Position numbers and translations under genes: made by a program
Source: Eledone cirrhosa
Lineage: Eukaryota
Direction of reading: 5' to 3'
Assembly: GCA_964016885.1 (NCBI GenBank)
Contig: OZ024741.1
Coordinates: forward strand, 11,160,001 to 11,224,000
DNA length: 64,000 nucleotides
Part shown: piece by piece, positions 56,052 to 64,000 of the stretch
Position numbering within the stretch: position 1 is the stretch's first letter
How the letters are laid out: each line of letters opens with the position of its first letter
The notes under the pieces: generated by a model
Told to the model about the DNA's origin: nothing
The model's database searches: none
What the model saw: only the letters and a program-made list of their open reading frames with translations

Positions 56052-56089
<38 letters not shown>

Positions 56090-56098
<9 letters not shown>

Positions 56099-56511
56099 TA
56101 AATGGAAACTATATTTATAAAACCATATTTATTCTATTATATATATTTCAAGGGTACCAAAATTTTGGTACGCTCTCATCAGATAAAATACAAAGTTTGT
56201 TTTATAAATAGTGACATATCCAGGAAGGAGACCTTAACGGTTCAAGTTTTATCCAAAGAGAACTTGAACCGTTAAGGTCTCCTTCCTGGATATGTCACTA
56301 TTTATAAAACAAACTTTGTATTTTATCTGATGAGAGCGTACCAAAGTTTTGGTACCCTTGAAATATATATAATAGAATAAATATGGTTTTATAAATATAG
56401 TTTCCATTTATTTAATATCATTGATATTATACTCCAGAAAACTTGTCGAGTGCTTCGAATCTGTTATAAATATATTTGTTGAATTACTAACAAATTAAAT
56501 ATCCCTTTGCT
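56090..56511. mobile_element. Fold-back element, family A, second full copy with intact hammerhead cores on both arms
   Basis: Near-perfect hairpin 56092-56417. Hammerheads at 56130-56190 (minus) and 56319-56379 (plus). The tail matches 325-420. Confidence 0.85.
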
Positions 56512-56554
56512 TATATATATATATATATATATATAAATATAAATATATATATAT

Positions 56555-57130
56555 ATATTCATTAGTTAAGCAAAACAAGACCACAAATTTCACAAGGAAG
56601 ACATTATTAAAAGATTGTCAACATATTTTAGTTTGATGTAAGGAATGTAGAGAATAATAATAATAATATTAATAATAATAATGTCCGTTTACAATTGTTT
56701 CGCTACTCCATATAATATTTCTGGATCAGATGACTATATATCATTATTGATTTATATATCATTAATGATATATAGTCATCTGATCCAGAAATATTATATG
56801 GAGTAGCGAAACAATTGTAAACGGACATTATTATTATTAATATTATTATTATTATTCTCTACATTCCTTACATCAAACTAAAATATGTTGACAATCTTTT
56901 AATAATGTCTTCTTTGTGAAATTTGTGGTCTTGTTTTGCTTAACTAATGAATATTTCCAGCTCTGCGCACCTAACTTCTGCATGAACCCAGCCACCTAGC
57001 TGCTTTCTACTGCATATTGCACATTGAGCACATGCCTTTACGCTTTGGCTTCTAACTAACTCACCAATCTCTCCTCTCCTATCTCCTCTACTATCTCCCT
57101 CTCTCTCTTTAAGATTGGTTACTCTTGAAC
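56555..57130. mobile_element. Fold-back element, family D (about 400-bp near-perfect hairpin plus tail)
   Basis: About 56555-56750 is the reverse complement of about 56760-56955. The arms carry the 3' half of a hammerhead, gc GAAA caattg TA aacggac. Confidence 0.75.
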
Positions 57131-57256
57131 TGTGTGTATATATATATATGTAAGTGTGTGTGTGAGTGCATGATCATGTGAGCATGTGTGTGTGTATGGG
57201 TGTGAGTGTATGTGTGTACTTACATACACATATATTTCTCAACTAGTATTCAATGT

Positions 57257-57334
57257 TTACAAACCCTTGTTACAATAAACATACTTTTCTGTAGTTAAAT
57301 CACGAATTCCACCTTCAATTTTCTCAACAGGAAT
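57257..57334 (-). CDS. SFXN5: Sideroflexin-5-like, last coding exon
   Basis: ttattcttacag|ATT CCT... translates as IPVEKIEGGIRDLTTEKYVYCNKGL*. NKGL is the conserved sideroflexin C-terminus. Confidence 0.88.
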   Translation of the reverse strand: MPVEKIEGGIRDLTTEKYVYCNKGL

Positions 57335-57735
57335 CTGTAAGAATAACACCATAACATTAGTGGAATATTGAGTGTAGGTAGTCAGGGTACTTATATATAT
57401 GTGTGTGTGTGTGTGTATCCCGGGTTCGGGTTCAATCTAGGGTAACCACAGTAAGTAAGGTACTTAATACTTAGTATACAATGTTTAATACAGTTCTAGT
57501 CCTGTAGAAGTCATTTCTATATTAAACATTATATATATATATATAGGGGGGGGGGGTCTGATTAGAGTACTTATGTATATACATGTGTGTGTGCATGTGA
57601 TTAGAGTACTTGTGTATGTGTGTGTACAATTAGGATTCCTGTATGTGTGTGTACTTAGGATACTATATATATGTGTGTGTGTATATATATATATGTGTAT
57701 ATATGTACATGTGTGTGTGCAGTAAGAGTACCTAC

Positions 57736-57853
57736 CTTGAGAGTCTGTGGAAATAGTGCAATAGCAACAGGTAAGGCAAAACCAAAAGACATGGTACACA
57801 CAGTAGCATTTAATGGTAGATGTAGTTTAGGGTATGTTCTCAGGAGTTTGGTT
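57736..57853 (-). CDS. SFXN5: Sideroflexin-5-like, penultimate coding exon
   Basis: ataattacag|A ACC... translates as TKLLRTYPKLHLPLNATVCTMSFGFALPVAIALFPQTLK|gtaggt. It matches the SFXN5-type FGLALPLAISLFPQ helix and joins the next exon in phase 0. Confidence 0.9.
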
Positions 57854-58028
57854 CTGTAATTATAAAAGACAAAAACATTCAGATGTGAAGTGGATGTAGG
57901 AATATATAACAGCTTAACTATATATAATTATAGGCTCGACCATAATAATTGCCGTTTAAACATCTGCTATCCCTAATAGGATGGGCTGGAAGGGTCAACA
58001 TAGACGAGGTCAGAACTGCAGCAGAGCC

Positions 58029-61000
58029 CTGATCTCTCAGACAAGCCAGAGATCTGTGTCTCACTTATCCACTGATCTCCCAGACAAGCCAGAGATCTGT
58101 GTCTCACTTATCCACTGATCTCCCAGACAAGCCAGAGATCTGTGTCTCACTTATCCACTGATCTCCCAGACAAGCCAGAGATCTGTGTCTCATTTATCCA
58201 CTGATCTCTCAGACAAGCCAGAGATCTGTGTCTCACTTATCCACTGATCTCTCAGACAAGCCAGAGATCTGTGTCTCACTTATCCACTGATCTCCCAGAC
58301 AAGCCAGAGATCTGTGTCTCACTTATCCACTGATCTCCCAGACATATCAGAGATCTGTGTCTCACTTATCCACTGATCTCCCAGACAAGCCAGAGATCTG
58401 TGTCTCACTTATCCACTGATCTCCCAGATAAGCAAGAGATCTATGTCTCACTTATCCACTGATCCCCCAGATAAGCCAGAGATCTATGTCTCACTTATCC
58501 ACTGATCTCCCAGACAAGCCAGAGATCTATGTCTCACTTATCCACTGATCCCCCAGAGAAGCCAGAGATCTGTGTCTCACTTATCCACTGATCTCCCAGA
58601 CATATCAGAGATCTGTGTCTCACTTATCCACTGATCTCCCAGATAAGCCAGAGATCTGTGTCTCACTTATCCACTGATCCCCCAGACAAGCCAGAGATCT
58701 ATGTCTCACTTATCCACTGATCCCTCAGACAAGCCAGAGATCTATGTCTCACTTATCCACTGATCCCCCAGACAACCCAGAGATCTGTGTCTCACTTATC
58801 CACTGATCTGCCAGATAAGCCAGAGATCTATGTCTCCCTTATCCACTGATCCCTCAGGCAAGCCAGAGATCTGTGTCTCACTTATCCACTGATCTCCCAG
58901 ATAAGCCAGAGATCTATGTCTCACTTATCCACTGATCCCCCAGGCAAGCCAGAGATCTGTGTCTCACTTATCCACTGATCTCCCAGACAAGCCAGAGATC
59001 TGTGTCTCACTTATCCACTGATCTCCCAGACAAGCCAGAGATCTGTGTCTCACTAATCCACTGATCTCCCAGACATATCAGAGATCTGTGTCTCACTTAT
59101 CCACTGATCCCCCAGACAAGCCAGAGATCTATGTCTCACTTATCCACTGATCTCCCAGACAAGCCAGAGATCTGTGTCTCACTTATCCACTGATCCCCCA
59201 GACAAGCCAGAGATCTGTGTCTCACTTATCCACTGATCTCCCAGACAAGCCAGAGATCTGTGTCTCACTTATCCACTGATCTCCCAGACAAGCCAGAGAT
59301 CTGTGTCTCACTTATCCACTGATCTCCCAGATAAGCCAGAGATCTGTGTCTCACTTATCCACTGATCTCCCAGACAAGCCAGAGATCTGTGTCTCACTTA
59401 TCCACTGATCTCCCAGACAAGCCAGAGATCTGTGTCTCACTTATCCACTGATCCCCCAGACAAGCCAGAGATCTGTGTCTCACTTATCCACTGATCTCCC
59501 AGACAAGCCAGAGATCGGTGTCTCATTTATCCACTGATCTCTCAGACAAGCCAGAGATCTGTGTCTCACTTATCCACTGATCTCTCAGACAAGCCAGAGA
59601 TCTGTGTCTCACTTATCCACTGATCTCCCAGACAAGCCAGAGATCTGTGTCTCACTTATCCACTGATCTCCCAGACATATCAGAGATCTGTGTCTCACGT
59701 ATCCACTGATCTCCCAGATAAGCCAGAGATCTGTGTCTCACTTATCCACTGATCTCCCAGATAAGCAAGAGATCTATGTCTCACTTATCCACTGATCCTC
59801 CAGATAAGCCAGAGATCTATGTCTCACTTATCCACTGATCTCCCAGACAAGCCAGAGATCTATGTCTCACTTATCCACTGATCCCCCAGAGAAGCCAGAG
59901 ATCTGTGTCTCACTTATCCACTGATCTCCCAGACATATCAGAGATCTGTGTCTCACTTATCCACTGATCTCCCAGATAAGCCAGAGATCTGTGTCTCACT
60001 TATCCACTGATCCCCCAGACAAGCCAGAGATCTATGTCTCACTTATCCACTGATCCCCCAGACAAGCCAGAGATCTATGTCTCACTTATCCACTGATCCC
60101 CCAGACAACCCAGAGATCTGTGTCTCACTTATCCACTGATCTGCCAGACATATCAGAGATCTGTGTCTCACTTATCCACTGATCTCTCAGACAAGCCAGA
60201 GATCTGTGTCTCACTTATCCACTGATCTCCCAGGCAAGCCAGAGATCTGTGTCTCACTTATCCACTGATCCCCCAGGCAAGCCAGAGATCTATGTATCAC
60301 TTATCCACTGATCTCCCAGACATATCAGAGATCTGTGTCTCACTTATCCACTGATCTCTCAGACAAGCCAGAGATCTGTGCCTCACTTATCCACTGATCT
60401 CCCAGACATATCAGGGATCTGTGTCTCACTTATCCACTGATCTCTCAGACAAGCCAGAGATCTGTGTCTCACTTATCCACTGATCTCCCAGACATATCAG
60501 AGATCTGTGTCTCACTTATCTACTGATCTCTCAGACAAGCCAGACATCTGTGTCTCACTTATCCACTGATCTCTCAGAAAAGACAGAGATCTGTGTCTCA
60601 CTTATCCACTGATCTCCCAGACAAGACAGAGATCTATGTCTCACTTATCCACTGATCTCCCAGACAAGCCAGAGATCTGTATCTCACTTATCCACTGATC
60701 TCCCAGACAAGCCAGAGATCTGTGTCTCACTTATCCACTGATCCCCCAGACAAGCCAGAGATCTGTGTCTCACTTATCCACTGATCTCCCAGACAAGCCA
60801 GAGATCTATGTCTCACTTATCCACTGATCTCCCAGATAAGCCAGAGATCTGTGTCTCACTTATCCACTGATCTCCCAGACAAGCCAGAGATCTATGTCTC
60901 ACTTATCCACTGATCTCCCAGATAAGCCAGAGATCTGTGTCTCACTTATCCACTGATCTCCCAGACAAGCCAGAGATCTATGTCTCACTTATCCACTGAT

Positions 61001-64000
61001 CTCCCAGACAAGCCAGAGATCTGTGTCTCACTTATCCACTGGTCTCCCAGACAATTCAGAGATCTGTGTCTCACTTATCCACTGATCTCCCAGACAAGCC
61101 AGAGATCTGTGTCTCACTTATCCACTGATCTTCCAGACAAGCCAGAGATCTGTGTCTCACTTATCCACTGATCTCCCAGATAAGCCAGAGATCGGTGTCT
61201 CACTTATCCACTGATCCGCCAGACAAGCCAGAGATCTGTGTCTCGCTTATCCACTGATCCTCCAGACAAGCCAGAGATCTGTGTCTCACTGATCCACTGA
61301 TCTCCCAGACATATCAGAGATCTGTGTCTCACTTATCCACTGATCTCCCAGACAAGCCAGAGATCTGTGTCTCACTTATCCACTGATCCCCCAGACAAGC
61401 CAGAGATCTGTGTCTCACTTATCCACTGATCTCCCAGACAAGACAGAGATCTGTGTCTCACTTATCCACTGATCTCCCAGACAAGCCAGAGATCTGTGTC
61501 TCACTTATCCACTGATCCCCCAGACAAGCCAGAGATCTGTGTCTCACTTATCCACTGATCTTCCAGACAAGACAGAGATCTGTGTCTCACTTATCCACTG
61601 ATCTCCCAGACAAGCCAGAGATCTGTGTCTCACTTATCCACTGATCCCCCAGACAAGCCAGAGATCTGTGTCTCACTTATCCACTAATCTCCCAGACAAG
61701 CCAGAGATCTATGTCTCACTTATCCACTGATCTCCCAGACAAGACAGAGATCTGTGTCTCACTTATCCACTGATCCCCCAGACAAGACAGAGATCTGTGT
61801 CTCACTTATCCACTGATCTCCCAGACAAGCCAGAGATCTGTGTCTCACTTATCCACTGATCTCCCAGACAAGCCAGAGATCTGTGTCTCACTTATCCACT
61901 GATCTCCCAGACAAGCCAGAGATCTATGTCTCACTTATCCACTGATCTCCCAGACAAGACAGAGATCTGTGTCTCACTTATCCACTGATCCCCCAGACAA
62001 GACAGAGATCTGTGTCTCACTTATCCACTGATCCCCCAGACAAGACAGAGATCTGTTTCTCACTTATCCACTGATCTCCCAGACAAGCCAGAGATCTGTG
62101 TCTCACTTATCCACTGATCTCCCAGACAAGCCAGAGATCTGTGTCTCACTTATCCACTGATCTCCCAGACAAGCCAGAGATCTGTGTCTCACTTATCCAC
62201 TGATCTCCCAGACATATCAGAGATCTGTGTCTCACTTATCCACTGATCTCCCAGACATATCAGAGATCTGTGTCTCACTTATCCACTGATCTCCCAGACA
62301 AGCCAGAGATCTGTGTCTCACTCACTTATCCACTGATCTCCCAGACAAGCCAGAGATCTGTGTCTCACTTATCCACTGATCCCCCAGACAAGCCAGAGAT
62401 CTGTGTCTCACTTATCCACTGATCTCTCAGACAAGCCAGAGATCTATGTCTCACTTATCCACTGATCTCCCAGACAAGCCAGCGATCTGTGTCTCACTTA
62501 TCCACTGATCCCCCAGACAAGCCAGAGATCTATGTCTCACTTATCCACTGATCTCCCAGACAAGCCAGAGATCTGTGTCTCACTTATCCACTGATCCCCC
62601 AGACAAGCCAGAGATCTATGTCTCACTTATCCACTGATCTCCCAGACAAGCCAGAGATCTATGTCTCACTTATCCACTGATCCCCCAGACAAGCCAGAGA
62701 TCTGTGTCTCACTTATCCACTGATCTCCCAGACAAGCCAGAGATCTGTGTCTCACTTATCCACTGATCCTCCAGACAAGCCAGAGATCTGTGTCTCACTT
62801 ATCCACTGATCTCCCAGATAAGCCAGAGATCTATGTCTCACTTATCCACTGATCTCCCAGACAAGCCAGAGATCTGAGTCTCACTTATCCACTGATCTCC
62901 CAGATAAGCCAGAGATCTGTGTCTCACTTATCCACTGATCTCCCAGACAAGCCAGAGATCTGTGTCTCACTTATCCACTGATCTCCCAGATAAGCCAGAG
63001 ATCTGTGTCTCACTTATCCACTGATCTCCCAGACAAGCCAGAGATCTGTGTCTCACTTATCCACTGATCTGCCAGATAAGCCAGAGATTTATGTCTCACT
63101 TATCCACTGATCTCCCAGATAAACCAGAGATCTATGTCTCACTTATCCCCTGATCTCCCAGGCAAGCCAGAGATCTGTGTGTCAGTTATCCACTGATCTC
63201 CCAGATAAGCCAGAGATCTGTGTCTCACTTATCCACTGATCTCCCAGATAAGCCAGAGATCTGTGTCTCACTTATCCACTGATCTCCCAGATAAGCCAGA
63301 GATCTGTGTCTCACTTATCCACTGATCTCCCAGATAAGCCAGAGATCTATGTCTCACTTATCCACTGATCTCCCAGGCAAGCCAGAGATCTGTGTGTCAG
63401 TTATCCACTGATCTCCCAGACAAGCCAGAGATCTATGTCTCACTTATCCACTGATCTCCCAGGCAAGCCAGAGATCTATGTCTCACTTATCCACTGATCT
63501 CCCAGACAAGCCAGAGATCTGTGTCTCACTTATCCACTGATCTCCCAGATAAGCCAGAGATCTGTGTCTCACTTATCCACTGATCTCCCAGATAAGCCAG
63601 AGATCTATGTCTCACTTATCCACTAATCTCCCAGGCAAGCCAGAGATCTGTGTGTCACTTATCCACTGATCTCCCAGACAAGCCAGAGATCTATGTCTCA
63701 CTTATCCACTGATCTCCCAGGCAAGCCAGAGATCTATGTCTCACTTATCCACTGATCTCCCAGACAAGCCAGAGATCTGTGTCTCACTTATCCACTGATC
63801 TCCCAGATAAGCCAGAGATCTGTGTCTCACTTATCCACTGATCTCCCAGATAAGCCAGAGATCTATGTCTCACTTATCCACTGATCTCCCAGCCAAGCCA
63901 GAGATCTGTGTGTCAGTTATCCACTGATCTCCCAGACAAGCCAGAGATCTATGTCTCACTTATCCACTGATCTCCCAGGCAAGCCAGAGATCTATGTCTC
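58029..64000. repeat. 43-bp tandem satellite, about 139 units, running off the window
   Basis: Unit ctgatctcccagacaagccagagatctgtgtctcacttatcca, with unit starts at 58029 and 58072. Confidence 0.98.

Noticed and set aside
55990-56055. Minus-strand NKGL as the SFXN5 last exon
   Set aside because: No acceptor and no stop after NKGL. It belongs to a dispersed repeat tail (similar at about 8680), and the true exon is at 57257-57334.
58029-64000. Regular array resembling CRISPR
   Set aside because: Units are contiguous with no unique spacers, there are no cas genes, and the context is a eukaryotic intron.

Overview
Eukaryotic, AT-rich and microsatellite-saturated DNA. The repeat content resembles a cephalopod (Octopus-like) genome, which is an inference. 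Almost all long ORFs come from retroelements: four Tx1/L1-clade LINEs (one in an (ATT)n tract, three stacked head-to-tail in (ATCT)n), stacked R4/Dong-like RLE LINEs in (CATA)n, Penelope-like elements (PLEs), and RTE and CR1-like fragments. tRNA-headed SINEs and small DNA-transposon MITEs are also present. The only host gene I recognise is the 3' end of a sideroflexin (SFXN5-like) gene on the minus strand: two exons at 57736-57853 and 57257-57334, with a >6 kb 43-bp satellite in the upstream intron. The most striking unannotated signal is several families of short non-coding fold-back elements inserted in (TA)n. They carry minimal type I hammerhead ribozymes, often one on each arm, with compensatory base changes and a U3-A8 core variant. 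Boundaries were read by eye and are approximate unless a splice site or motif is quoted.
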